Assembly: GCA_041659405.1 (NCBI GenBank)
Contig: JBAZYK010000002.1
Coordinates: 90,001 to 122,000 of the forward strand
DNA length: 32,000 nucleotides
Reading direction: 5' to 3'
From: Candidatus Altimarinota bacterium
Lineage (GTDB): Bacteria; Patescibacteriota; Gracilibacteria; UBA1369
Shown here: piece by piece, positions 8,181-16,955 of the stretch
Layout of the letters: every line of letters begins with the position of its first letter
Position numbering within the stretch: position 1 is the stretch's first letter
The notes under the pieces: model-generated
The model's input: only the letters and a program-made list of their open reading frames with translations
Databases searched by the model: none
What the model was told of the DNA's origin: nothing
Translations under genes and position numbers: made by a program

Positions 8181-8558
8181 ATGTCAGGACACGGAGGACA
8201 TCATGAAGAACCAGTTACACTAGGTGATCATTTAAACCAGGCAACAAGCCATTTTTTTAATATTTTCAAAGAGGCAATTGGCGTTGTTGATAGTATTGCA
8301 AGTGGCTTTGGAAAAGCCATTATGACAATTATTAGCGGAAAAAGACCGACAAGTGGCGCTCATGGAGGTCACGACGCAGGCCATGGTGATGCTCATGGTG
8401 GAGAACATGCCGCAGCCGCTCATGGCGAAAACCATGGAGATAGCCACAGCGATGCAGGACATGGAGACAAACATGTAAAACCCGAGTTGGTGGATGTTCC
8501 TAAACATGAAGCTGCAAATGACAATGCTCATGGGCATGAACAAAAACATGCCGCTTAA
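8181..8558 (+). CDS. histidine-rich HG-repeat protein, putative metal-binding
   Basis: By my count 19 of 125 residues are His and none is Cys. HGG/HGD/HGE repeats are concentrated in the C-terminal half (AHGGHDAGHGDAHGGEHAAAAHGENHGDSHSDAGHGDKH). A central amphipathic or hydrophobic segment is present (FFNIFKEAIGVVDSIASGFGKAIMTIISG). The DNA shows a repeated CATGG unit. Confidence 0.65.
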   Translation: MSGHGGHHEEPVTLGDHLNQATSHFFNIFKEAIGVVDSIASGFGKAIMTIISGKRPTSGAHGGHDAGHGDAHGGEHAAAAHGENHGDSHSDAGHGDKHVKPELVDVPKHEAANDNAHGHEQKHAA

Positions 8559-8561
8559 AAA

Positions 8562-9383
8562 TTACAGCTTTTGGCAGTTCTCACAATAAAAAGTGCCCCT
8601 TCCGGCAACTACAGTTTTTTTGATAGGATTCTTACAAACATAACAAGGATCGCCCTTTCTTCCATAAACCTGCAAGTAGTGCTGGTGTTTTCCTAAAGTT
8701 CCCCGGGTTCCCACAAAATCCGAAACCGAAGTTCCATTATGGTTAATCCCCTCTTCCAAACAACTTATAATGGCCAAATAAAGCTTTATATAATCAGCTT
8801 TTTTAAGTTTCTCCAGCCTGGACTTTGGATTTAAACGACTCTTAAAACAAACTTCATCAGCATAAATATTGCCAATACCGGCAATAATATCTTGCCTAAG
8901 CAGCGTGTTTTTCAAGATTCCCTTTTTATCAGCAAAAAGATCCAAAAAATATTCCAAACTAAAACGTGAGTCAAAAGGCTCAATTCCAAGCCTTTTTATG
9001 CCTGTCGCCTGTTCATAATCTTTTTCATTATAAAGCCAGATTTTTCCAAATTTACGGACATCCGAATAAATCAAAGAAGTGCCATCAGTAAAAGAAAAAA
9101 CACCGCAAATAAATTTTTCACGGCCATCACTCATGTTCCACAGTAAACGACCGGTCATGCGCAAATGGATAACCAAACGCATTTTCTTATCTAATACAAG
9201 CACAATAAACTTCCCTCTTCTTTGAATATCCAAAATTTTCAAATTCTTGATTTTAGCAGTTACATCTTTAGCCGAAGGCAAAAAAATAGAATCCACTTTT
9301 ACATTTAAGCTCGCAAACTTTTTACCGATCAAAACTGATTTTAATTCCCGGATAATCGTTTCGACCTCTGGCAATTCTGGCAT
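8562..9383 (-). CDS. mutM: formamidopyrimidine-DNA glycosylase
   Basis: The N-terminus MPELPEVE carries the catalytic Pro2/Glu3. An H2TH region is present, and the C-terminal zinc finger is CYVCKNPIKKTVVAGRGTFYCENCQ. Confidence 0.93.
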   Translation of the reverse strand: MPELPEVETIIRELKSVLIGKKFASLNVKVDSIFLPSAKDVTAKIKNLKILDIQRRGKFIVLVLDKKMRLVIHLRMTGRLLWNMSDGREKFICGVFSFTDGTSLIYSDVRKFGKIWLYNEKDYEQATGIKRLGIEPFDSRFSLEYFLDLFADKKGILKNTLLRQDIIAGIGNIYADEVCFKSRLNPKSRLEKLKKADYIKLYLAIISCLEEGINHNGTSVSDFVGTRGTLGKHQHYLQVYGRKGDPCYVCKNPIKKTVVAGRGTFYCENCQKL

Positions 9384-9484
9384 ATTAACTTTAAAAAGAT
9401 GCGCCTAGACAAAAACAAAACCCGTTGATATCCATACTATCATAAAATAGCCGATGGTTGATTCCTCCGGCTATTAGTCTTATG

Positions 9485-9602
9485 CAGTGTCAAAATATGG
9501 TGGGCCAGCTGGGGGTCGAACCCAGGACCTTCGCCTTAAGAGGGCGCCGCTCTACCGGCTGAGCTACTGACCCATAAGCCATTAAATGGCAATTTGACAC
9601 TG
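9485..9602. repeat. 10-bp perfect inverted repeat bracketing tRNA-Lys
   Basis: CAGTGTCAAA at 9485-9494 and TTTGACACTG at 9593-9602 are exact reverse complements. They lie 3 nt and 19 nt outside the tRNA ends. Confidence 0.8.
9498..9573 (-). tRNA. tRNA-Lys (anticodon CUU), CCA encoded
   Basis: The rc reads GGGTCAG-TA-GCTC-AGCCGGTA-GAGC-G-GCGCC-CTCTTAA-GGCGA-AGGTC-CTGGG-TTCGACC-CCCAG-CTGGCCC-A-CCA. It is 76 nt and the cloverleaf folds by hand. Confidence 0.9.
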
Positions 9603-9753
9603 TGGTTTTTCTGCTTTAATTCTGGAATATTCCGCTAAATCTCGATTTTTATCTCTATCAAGACTTGCTAAAAGAGTGTTTTTGTCCAAAAAGCGCAATA
9701 AAGTTATCACCGAATCGCTTTTGATTCAAGGAATTTTTTACTATGATAGGGCT

Positions 9754-10902
9754 ATGCAAAAAATCTTACTCTATACAGACACTCCCTTAGTTGGTGGCGC
9801 CGAAAAACACATCCATCAATTGGCCAAAACCCTGTTGAATGACGGCTTTCTAGCCAAGGTTGTCTGCTCAAAATACAAAAAACTTGACCTTTGGTGTGAA
9901 AATCTGAAAAAGGACGGAATTCCTGTAATTCGCTTGAACGTCAACCACAAACACGATCCACGTCATCTTTTACAACTTAAAAATATCCTTAAAGCTGAAA
10001 ACCCGGACATTCTTCATCTACATTTGTGGAACCCCGGGGCTTGTCGCTATGCTTTTTGGACTACTTCACCATCGCAACTACCTAAAATCATTGCTACAGA
10101 ACATGATCCTTTTCCACTGAGTGGCATCAAGAAAAGGCTCAAGAAACAGGCTCTTGCTAAAACCCACCAAACAATCACGGTTTCAAACAACAATCAGGAA
10201 CAAATCATTTCCTGGTATCCTGAACTTAAAAACTCCACTACGGTTATTCATAATGGAATAGACCTTGAACAGTTTGAAAAAGCATTGATTCATTTCACAC
10301 ATCAGGAAAAACATAAAATCAAGACGCAATTATTTCAGGCGAATGATAACGATTTTATAATTACAACTGTTGCAACTCTTCATCCACGAAAAGGCCTAAT
10401 TTACCTGATTGAAGCCTATAAAGAGGTTCAAGAGACAAATCCCCAAACCAAACTAGTCTTAATCGGCGAAGGTCCTCAAAAAAAAGATTTAGAGAAAAAA
10501 GTTAAAAAATTGGGCTTGGAAGATAAAGTAGTCTTTTTAAATCATCAGGAATCAATTCCCAAACTTTTAAAAAGCAGTGACCTTTTTGTTTTACCAAGCA
10601 TTAAAGAAGCTTTTGGATTAGTGCTTTTAGAAGCAATGGCCGCGCAAATACCAATTATTGCTTCAGCAGTTGGAGGCATTCCGGAAATCATTGAAAACAA
10701 CAAAAATGGGATTTTGGTTGAACCTGCAAACCCCAAAATGCTTGCCGAAAAAATCCTTTTCCTCATAAAGAACGCTCCCATACGCCAAAAAATGGTTTTC
10801 CTTGGACATCATCGTGTCAAGGATTTCGATCTAAAAAAGATGGCGCAAAAAACTGAAGCTGTCTATCATAAAGTCCTTCAAGCGGATAAAATTTTAAATT
10901 AA
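9754..10902 (+). CDS. GT4-family glycosyltransferase
   Basis: The N-terminus is GGAEKH. The C-terminal EX7E region is PSIKEAFGLVLLEAMAAQIPIIASAVGGIPEII. The ORF is open from 9676, and the ATG at 9754 (MQKILLYTDT) fits family N-termini. Confidence 0.85.
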   Translation: MQKILLYTDTPLVGGAEKHIHQLAKTLLNDGFLAKVVCSKYKKLDLWCENLKKDGIPVIRLNVNHKHDPRHLLQLKNILKAENPDILHLHLWNPGACRYAFWTTSPSQLPKIIATEHDPFPLSGIKKRLKKQALAKTHQTITVSNNNQEQIISWYPELKNSTTVIHNGIDLEQFEKALIHFTHQEKHKIKTQLFQANDNDFIITTVATLHPRKGLIYLIEAYKEVQETNPQTKLVLIGEGPQKKDLEKKVKKLGLEDKVVFLNHQESIPKLLKSSDLFVLPSIKEAFGLVLLEAMAAQIPIIASAVGGIPEIIENNKNGILVEPANPKMLAEKILFLIKNAPIRQKMVFLGHHRVKDFDLKKMAQKTEAVYHKVLQADKILN

Positions 10903-10915
10903 AACCCACAACAAG

Positions 10916-12265
10916 ATGAAACTAAAAACAATTTATATTTGCGAAAATTGCCAGTATGAAAGCCAAAAATGGGTTGGGAAGTGCCCTGCCTGCGAAGCCT
11001 GGAATTCATTCAGTGAAGATGTAGTAATGAAAGACAGTGCTTTACATAACCGTGAAGCCAAGGGCTTAGCCCTGACGCCTTCTGCCCTGGGCCACAATTT
11101 AAATTCACCAGAACGAATCGTTACCCAAATGGAAGAGCTAAATCGGGTACTGGGAGGTGGAATTTTAGAAGGATCGGTAACATTATTAAGTGGCGAACCA
11201 GGCATTGGTAAATCAACTTTGACTTTACAAATCTGCCAACAAGTCGCAGAAAAAAAGTCAAAAGTTTTATATATTTCAGCAGAAGAGTCGGCGCACCAGA
11301 TTGCTTCACGCGCCGCACGCTTGAATATTAAAAATGAAAATATCCAAATATTATCTGAAACACTTTTAGAAAATATCCTTTCAACAATCGAAAAAGAAAA
11401 ACCGGAATTTGTGATTGTGGACTCCATTCAGGTTATTTATTCAAGCCAAATCCCCTCTTTTGCCGGAAGCATGAATCAGGTTAAATTTTGCACCGAAACA
11501 CTAACTAATTTTTCTAAAAAAAATAATATACCACTTTTTATTATCGGGCATGTGACCAAAGACGGAAACGTAGCCGGCCCCAGAGTTTTGGAACACTTGG
11601 TCGACACCGTTTTATTTATTGAAGGCGAACGTTATCAAAATTTTAGAATTATTCGTTGTCTTAAAAATCGCTTTGGATCGACCAATGAAATCGGCATTTT
11701 TGAAATGACCGAAGACGGATTAAAAGAAATTAAAAATCCCTCACAAATTTTCCTGGAAGGTAGAAAAATTGGGAGTATTGGTTCAGCAATTACTGCCACA
11801 ATTGAAGGAACAAGGCCACTTTTGGTTGAAGTTCAAGCCCTAACCAATTTAAGTCCTTTTGGATACCCAAAACGTGCAGGAAGCGGATTCGATCTTAACA
11901 GACTGCAACTTTTAGTAGCGGTTATTCAAAAACATTTGCATATCAATTTGAGTAATCAAGATGTTTACATAAACGTAGTGGGCGGATTAAAACTGAGTGA
12001 ACCGGCGGCTGATTTAGCCGTTATCATGGCCATTATTTCATCATTCAAAAAAGAGCCACTTTCATCTGATACCATATATTTTGGTGAAGTTGGACTATCC
12101 GGCGAATTACGTTCCGTAACTCAAACAGACAAAAGAATTCAAGAAGCACAAAAAATTGGTTTTGCTAAAGCTGTAATTCCTAAAACAAAAGAAAAACTTT
12201 CAACCAAAAAAATTGTAATTGAAATGCTGGAAGACCTGGAGAAATTTATGAGATCCCAAAAATAG
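10916..12265 (+). CDS. radA: DNA repair protein RadA/Sms
   Basis: Zinc finger CENCQYESQKWVGKCPAC, Walker A GEPGIGKST, a KNRFG motif and a Lon-like C-terminal domain are present. Confidence 0.95.
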   Translation: MKLKTIYICENCQYESQKWVGKCPACEAWNSFSEDVVMKDSALHNREAKGLALTPSALGHNLNSPERIVTQMEELNRVLGGGILEGSVTLLSGEPGIGKSTLTLQICQQVAEKKSKVLYISAEESAHQIASRAARLNIKNENIQILSETLLENILSTIEKEKPEFVIVDSIQVIYSSQIPSFAGSMNQVKFCTETLTNFSKKNNIPLFIIGHVTKDGNVAGPRVLEHLVDTVLFIEGERYQNFRIIRCLKNRFGSTNEIGIFEMTEDGLKEIKNPSQIFLEGRKIGSIGSAITATIEGTRPLLVEVQALTNLSPFGYPKRAGSGFDLNRLQLLVAVIQKHLHINLSNQDVYINVVGGLKLSEPAADLAVIMAIISSFKKEPLSSDTIYFGEVGLSGELRSVTQTDKRIQEAQKIGFAKAVIPKTKEKLSTKKIVIEMLEDLEKFMRSQK

Positions 12266-13016
12266 TTTTAGCATTTTCAGTTGTTAAATTGGCCGCATCA
12301 TCCAAGGAAATATTTCTGACCTTGGCCAGTTCTTTAGCAGTTTCCACAACAAATGCCGGCTCGTTCCTTTTCCCCCTGTAAGGTTGAGGCGTCAAATAAG
12401 GACAATCAGTTTCAATCAAGACTTTATCCGCAGGTGACTGTGCGGCAATTTCACGCAGATAATCATTTTTTGGATAAGTTAGGACTCCTGAAAAAGAAAG
12501 ATAATAACCACTTGCCCAGGCAATTTTTGCTTGTTCAATTTGTCCGGTAAAACAATGCAAAATAACTTTCGTGTTACCAACACTCTTCATAATTTCCAAA
12601 GCATCATCCCAGGCATCTCTAATATGAACGACAACCGGCAAATTAAGTTTAAGCGCCAATTCCAATTGTTTACGAAAAGCATTTTGTTGAAGATCTTTTG
12701 GCTGAAGATTCCTAAAATAATCCAAACCTATTTCACCAATCGCAACAATTTTTGAATTTTCTTGAACTATTTGAGTAAATTTTTTCAAAATATCTTCCGT
12801 ACACTCATCAGCGTTATGCGGATGAACCCCTAGTGTTGACCAAAAGTTTTTATCTGCATACTTTTTTACAAATTCAAGAGCCACTAAAGAATCATGTGGT
12901 GTACAACCTACAATAATTTGCCTAGAGACCTTAGATTCCTGAGCTCTTAAAATAATTTGCTCAATATCCGGAAACTCATTACTAAAATGAATATGGGAGT
13001 GCGTATCGGTAAACAT
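12246..13016 (-). CDS. TatD-family metal-dependent hydrolase/DNase
   Basis: MFTDTHSHI is the HxH metal motif. GEIGLDY, VVHIRDA and LIETDCPYL are present. The ORF is open to 13043, and the ATG at 13016 matches family N-termini. It overlaps the radA 3' end by 20 nt (convergent). Confidence 0.88.
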   Translation of the reverse strand: MFTDTHSHIHFSNEFPDIEQIILRAQESKVSRQIIVGCTPHDSLVALEFVKKYADKNFWSTLGVHPHNADECTEDILKKFTQIVQENSKIVAIGEIGLDYFRNLQPKDLQQNAFRKQLELALKLNLPVVVHIRDAWDDALEIMKSVGNTKVILHCFTGQIEQAKIAWASGYYLSFSGVLTYPKNDYLREIAAQSPADKVLIETDCPYLTPQPYRGKRNEPAFVVETAKELAKVRNISLDDAANLTTENAKTIFGIS

Positions 13017-13513
13017 GACAACATTATAATCTAATTTTGACAATTAGAAAAAATGATTTTCGCAATTTCATTTATTTATATGTAATTTATACACAATAAG
13101 CATGAATTTAATAAATTTAGACACACTTTAGACAAAGTAAATTATTATCGCAATGCACTAAAGTTCAATTTTTAAGAAACCCCAAGACATAACCCATTAA
13201 GAATATGTCAAAGTTGTACAATATTTTTATACATGAAGAGTCTATTTACTTATATTTAATAATAAAGCAAAGCAGGGACAAAGAACACAAAAGTTGAACA
13301 GGGTAAATATTGAAACAAATATTTAGTAAAAATTCCAAGGGGAATTTCACTAAATTTAAATTCGAATTGAAGCAACTTCAGACATAAAATTGCAAAACTA
13401 TCAAATGTAGTGCTTTAATGTAATCACAGCCTATTTGAAAATAAAAAAATATTAAAACAAGTACTGAAAAAATTTTGATTTGAATATAGAATGATTTTGC
13501 TTCAATTTTACCC

Positions 13514-14983
13514 ATGAAAGAAAAAATATTCGACTTTATTGTTGTTGGATCAGGCCTTGCGGGGCTAAATACAGCCATTCAAGCCTCTAAAAGAGGAACA
13601 GTATTACTAATAACAAAAAAGGGATTAAGTGATGCCAACACGTTTTATGCACAAGGAGGAATCGCCACTGTGCTCAAAGAGCTCAACAAAAAAGATAGTT
13701 TTAAAAAACACGTTGAAGACACTTTAATCGCAGGCAATTTTCATAATAACAAAAAAGCAGTTGAATTTATCATAAAAAAAGGGCCACTGGCCATCAAGCA
13801 ACTAATCAATTTAGGAGTTGCTTTTAGCAAAAACGCAGAAGGTGATCTTGCACTTCATCGTGAAGGTGGTCATCGCGAAAAAAGGATTATTCATAGCGGA
13901 GATTACACCGGCAAAGCCATTGAAGAAACACTCATTAAAACAGCAAAACAGAACAAAAAAATCACGATTTCAGAAAAAACATTTGCCAAAGATTTACTAA
14001 TAAAAAATAAAACCTGTTACGGAATTCAGGTGATTTATAAAAACAAGATACGGAATTATTTTGGAAAAAAAATCATTTTGGCAACAGGCGGAATTGGCCA
14101 AATCTACGCAAAAACCACCAATCCCGTTATTGCAACAGGAGACGGATTAGCGATGGCATTACACGCACAATGTAAACTGAAAGATCTAGAATTTATTCAA
14201 TTTCACCCAACGGCATTAGACGAAAAAAAGAATCCAATATTTTTATTATCGGAAGCTTTAAGAGGATCCGGAGCCATTATACTCAACCACAAAAAAGAAA
14301 GATTCATGATGAAATATCATCCGATGGCAGAACTGGCCCCACGCGATATTGTTAGCAGGGCAATTTACAAAGAAGCTAAAAAAGGAAAAATTTATCTTCA
14401 AATGAACGTTAAGGGAGCCAACAAAGAGTTTCCTCAAATTTCACATTACCTTAAAGAAACAGGTTACAATTTAGAAAAAGATTTAATTTCCATTACTCCT
14501 GTTGCGCACTTTAGTTGTGGAGGAATTGAAACAGACTTAAAAGGACAAACCTCCATAAAAAATCTTTTTGCCTTTGGCGAAGTGGCATATACAGGTCTTC
14601 ATGGAGCCAATCGTTTAGCCTCAAATTCACTCCTGGAAGCCATAGTTATGAGTAACGAAATTTTAAAAACTCTTTTAAACACAAGTGTTAAAACTTCCTA
14701 TCCTTACTTTGCCACCCCAACTTTAACCACCCAAAAATCCTCCAATCTAAAAAACATCAAAGAAAATTTAAAAAAAATCATGTGGAATAATGTTGGAATA
14801 ATTCGTGAAGAGAAAAAGCTCATCAAAGCAATAAACGGCATTAATAAGCTAATGCAAGGTTTGCCAAAAATTAAAACCAAAGAATATTTTGAAACCAAGA
14901 ATATGTTGGAAGTGGCCCTGGCAATCACCAAATCCGCTTTAAAACGAAAAAAAAGCCTGGGAACACACTTCCGCATCAACTAA
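13514..14983 (+). CDS. nadB: L-aspartate oxidase
   Basis: FAD dinucleotide fold DFIVVGSGLAGL, YAQGGIA, EFIQFHPTAL and HGANRLASNSLLE. At 489 aa its length is typical of NadB rather than SdhA/FrdA. Confidence 0.88.
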   Translation: MKEKIFDFIVVGSGLAGLNTAIQASKRGTVLLITKKGLSDANTFYAQGGIATVLKELNKKDSFKKHVEDTLIAGNFHNNKKAVEFIIKKGPLAIKQLINLGVAFSKNAEGDLALHREGGHREKRIIHSGDYTGKAIEETLIKTAKQNKKITISEKTFAKDLLIKNKTCYGIQVIYKNKIRNYFGKKIILATGGIGQIYAKTTNPVIATGDGLAMALHAQCKLKDLEFIQFHPTALDEKKNPIFLLSEALRGSGAIILNHKKERFMMKYHPMAELAPRDIVSRAIYKEAKKGKIYLQMNVKGANKEFPQISHYLKETGYNLEKDLISITPVAHFSCGGIETDLKGQTSIKNLFAFGEVAYTGLHGANRLASNSLLEAIVMSNEILKTLLNTSVKTSYPYFATPTLTTQKSSNLKNIKENLKKIMWNNVGIIREEKKLIKAINGINKLMQGLPKIKTKEYFETKNMLEVALAITKSALKRKKSLGTHFRIN

Positions 14984-14996
14984 AACTCAAGAGTTC

Positions 14997-16064
14997 TTAA
15001 TTGTGACTCGACAAAATCTCCGCCTGACGAGCCGAACCCAATGATTCAACAATATCATCAATGTTGCCCTCCATAATCGAAGGAAGGTTGTTCCAGCTTT
15101 GTTTAATACGATGGTCAGTGACGCGATCCTGTGGAAAATTGTAAGTACGAATCTTCTCGGAACGATCCCCGGAACCAATTTGATCCAGACGCTGCTCGCC
15201 TATTTCTTTTCTGCGTTTGTCACGTTCCAGGGCATAAAGTCTTGTACGTAAAACTTCCATACCCTTAGCTTTATTCTTCAATTGAGATTTTTCATCCTGT
15301 TGACTAACCACAAGTCCGGATGGAATATGGGTAATTCGCACAGCTGAATCAGTAGTATTAACACTCTGTCCACCCGGGCCACCTGCCCTAAAAACATCAA
15401 TTCTCAAATCTGAATCTTTAATATCAATATCAATTTCTTCCGCTTCCGGAAGCACGGCACAAGTCACAGTGGAGGTATGAATGCGCCCCTGAGCCTCGGT
15501 CGATGGAACACGTTGAACACGTTGAACACCGCTTTCATAACGCAATTTTCCATAAGATCCTTCACCAACTACTTTAAAAATAATTTCTTTCAAACCACCG
15601 CCTGACGCCTCACTCTTGCTCATTAATTCAGTTTTATAACCAATTTTCTCAGCAAAACGCATGTACATTCTGGCAAGCTGTGAAGCAAAAAGAGCCGCTT
15701 CCTCACCACCGGCACCAGCACGAATTTCAAAAACGGCATTTTTAAAATCATCAGGATCTTTTGGAATAAGTTCCACCTTAATATCCTCATGAATTTTTTC
15801 AATTTTTTCTCTTGAAGTTTTTAACTGATCCTTAGCCAATTCTCGCATATCTTCATCATTTTCTGTATTTAAAATTTCCTCAGCTTCTTTTAGATCTTTT
15901 CCGGCAATCTTCAATTCTCTAAATAAAACCACCACTTTGGAAAGTTCCTTATGCTTCCTCATTAAAGCCTTATATTCATTTTGATCGCTCATGATATTTG
16001 GATCCATAAGCTTCTGCTCAATTTCAACATACTCTATCTCTAATTGTTCAAGTTTTTCTTCCAT
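14997..16064 (-). CDS. prfA: peptide chain release factor 1
   Basis: GGQ motif ([11 protein letters not shown]). RF1-type PxT tripeptide context [16 protein letters not shown]. 355 aa. Confidence 0.95.
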   Translation of the reverse strand: MEEKLEQLEIEYVEIEQKLMDPNIMSDQNEYKALMRKHKELSKVVVLFRELKIAGKDLKEAEEILNTENDEDMRELAKDQLKTSREKIEKIHEDIKVELIPKDPDDFKNAVFEIRAGAGGEEAALFASQLARMYMRFAEKIGYKTELMSKSEASGGGLKEIIFKVVGEGSYGKLRYESGVQRVQRVPSTEAQGRIHTSTVTCAVLPEAEEIDIDIKDSDLRIDVFRAGGPGGQSVNTTDSAVRITHIPSGLVVSQQDEKSQLKNKAKGMEVLRTRLYALERDKRRKEIGEQRLDQIGSGDRSEKIRTYNFPQDRVTDHRIKQSWNNLPSIMEGNIDDIVESLGSARQAEILSSHN

Positions 16065-16077
16065 AAATATAATTTCT

Positions 16078-16911
16078 TTAAAATCTGATCATGAAAATCC
16101 GCTCAATCTTAGCGTAATCTTCGAAAATTTCCAACTGATTCGCTGGAAAATATTTTCCAATGAGTAAGCGAATTTCCTCGCCCTGTAAAAATCCAAATTC
16201 TCCAAGCAGAAAAACAGGTTTATTTTTCCATTTCGACAATTGTTGAAAAAGCTTCTCATAAAGACCAAGGCCATCAACTCCACCAAATAAAGCCGCATGA
16301 GGCTCAAAATCCTGAGCTTCCTTACTTACAAAAGCAAAATGTTTCGTGCCTATATAAGGCAAATTGGCAACCACAAGGTCAAAGTGATCATCAATATTCG
16401 TCAATAGATCACTTTTAACCAGGCTTATTCGGTCCTCCAACTGATGGTGTTGAACATTTTTCTTTGCAACCTGAAGAGCAGATTCCTCTACGTCCGAAGC
16501 TACAATTTTGGCCTGTGGCAGCTTAGAGGCCAAAGAAACAGCAATACATCCACTTCCGGTCCCAACGTCCAAAATTCGAGGTTCTGGAAGGTTCTTTAAG
16601 CAGTTTAAAGCCCGCTCAACCAAAAGTTCAGTTTCGGGTCTTGGAATCAAAACACGCTTATCAACATAAAAATCCAAACCATAAAACTCTTTATTATGCG
16701 TTAAATAAGCCACAGGTTCGCCATCAAAAAAACGATCGAAAAGATAAAAGAAAGATTGTTGTTGTTCGGAAGTTAAATCAAAATCAGCATGACTAACCAA
16801 AAATTCTTTTCCTTTTTGCAAAACATACGCCAATAAGACCTCCACCCCGATCAAGTCTCCTTGCGGACCAATGGTTTCTTTAGCTTTTTGAAGTATTTGA
16901 GCAATAATCAT
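16078..16911 (-). CDS. prmC: release-factor glutamine N5-methyltransferase (PrmC/HemK)
   Basis: SAM motif [12 protein letters not shown], a motif IV variant VANLPYI, and adjacency to prfA. Confidence 0.88.
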   Translation of the reverse strand: MIIAQILQKAKETIGPQGDLIGVEVLLAYVLQKGKEFLVSHADFDLTSEQQQSFFYLFDRFFDGEPVAYLTHNKEFYGLDFYVDKRVLIPRPETELLVERALNCLKNLPEPRILDVGTGSGCIAVSLASKLPQAKIVASDVEESALQVAKKNVQHHQLEDRISLVKSDLLTNIDDHFDLVVANLPYIGTKHFAFVSKEAQDFEPHAALFGGVDGLGLYEKLFQQLSKWKNKPVFLLGEFGFLQGEEIRLLIGKYFPANQLEIFEDYAKIERIFMIRF

Positions 16912-16912
16912 A

Positions 16913-16946
16913 TAAAAACAAAGAGCGGATCCAAATGAATCCGCCC
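16913..16946 (-). terminator. intrinsic terminator-like hairpin after rpsU
   Basis: The minus strand reads GGGCGGAT-tcatttgg-ATCCGCTC (8-bp stem including one G-U), followed by TTTGTTTTT. The U-tract ends 2 nt before the prmC ATG. Confidence 0.5.
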
Positions 16947-16955
16947 TTATAAATC

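Noticed and set aside
13170-13200. A possible NAD+ (nadA-motif) riboswitch suggested by the tandem AAACCCC / ATAACCC strings upstream of nadB
   Set aside because: I could not build the flanking helices of either domain. The strings lie more than 300 nt from the nadB start, and the resemblance rests on a few nucleotides only. An Infernal scan would be needed.
13205-13297. A 30-codon ORF (MSKLYNIFIHEESIYLYLIIKQSRDKEHKS) in the tatD-nadB gap
   Set aside because: It has no Shine-Dalgarno sequence, no recognisable motif and no way to test conservation here. It is mentioned inside the intergenic finding but not called as a feature.
13017-13513. Replication origin (oriC) hypothesis for the long AT-rich gap
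   Set aside because: Only degenerate DnaA-box-like 9-mers are present (TTATACACA, TTATCGCAA), with no cluster. No dnaA or dnaN is adjacent, and gyrB is 11 kb away in an unrelated context.
14997-16064. Alternative genetic code (UGA reassignment), considered because only RF1 appears in the window
   Set aside because: TGA terminates conserved genes at the expected ends: RimK paralogue B at 2824-2826, KamA-like at 8097-8099, and aroC and aroE at the ATGA overlaps. No conserved gene needs read-through. RF2 may simply be encoded elsewhere.
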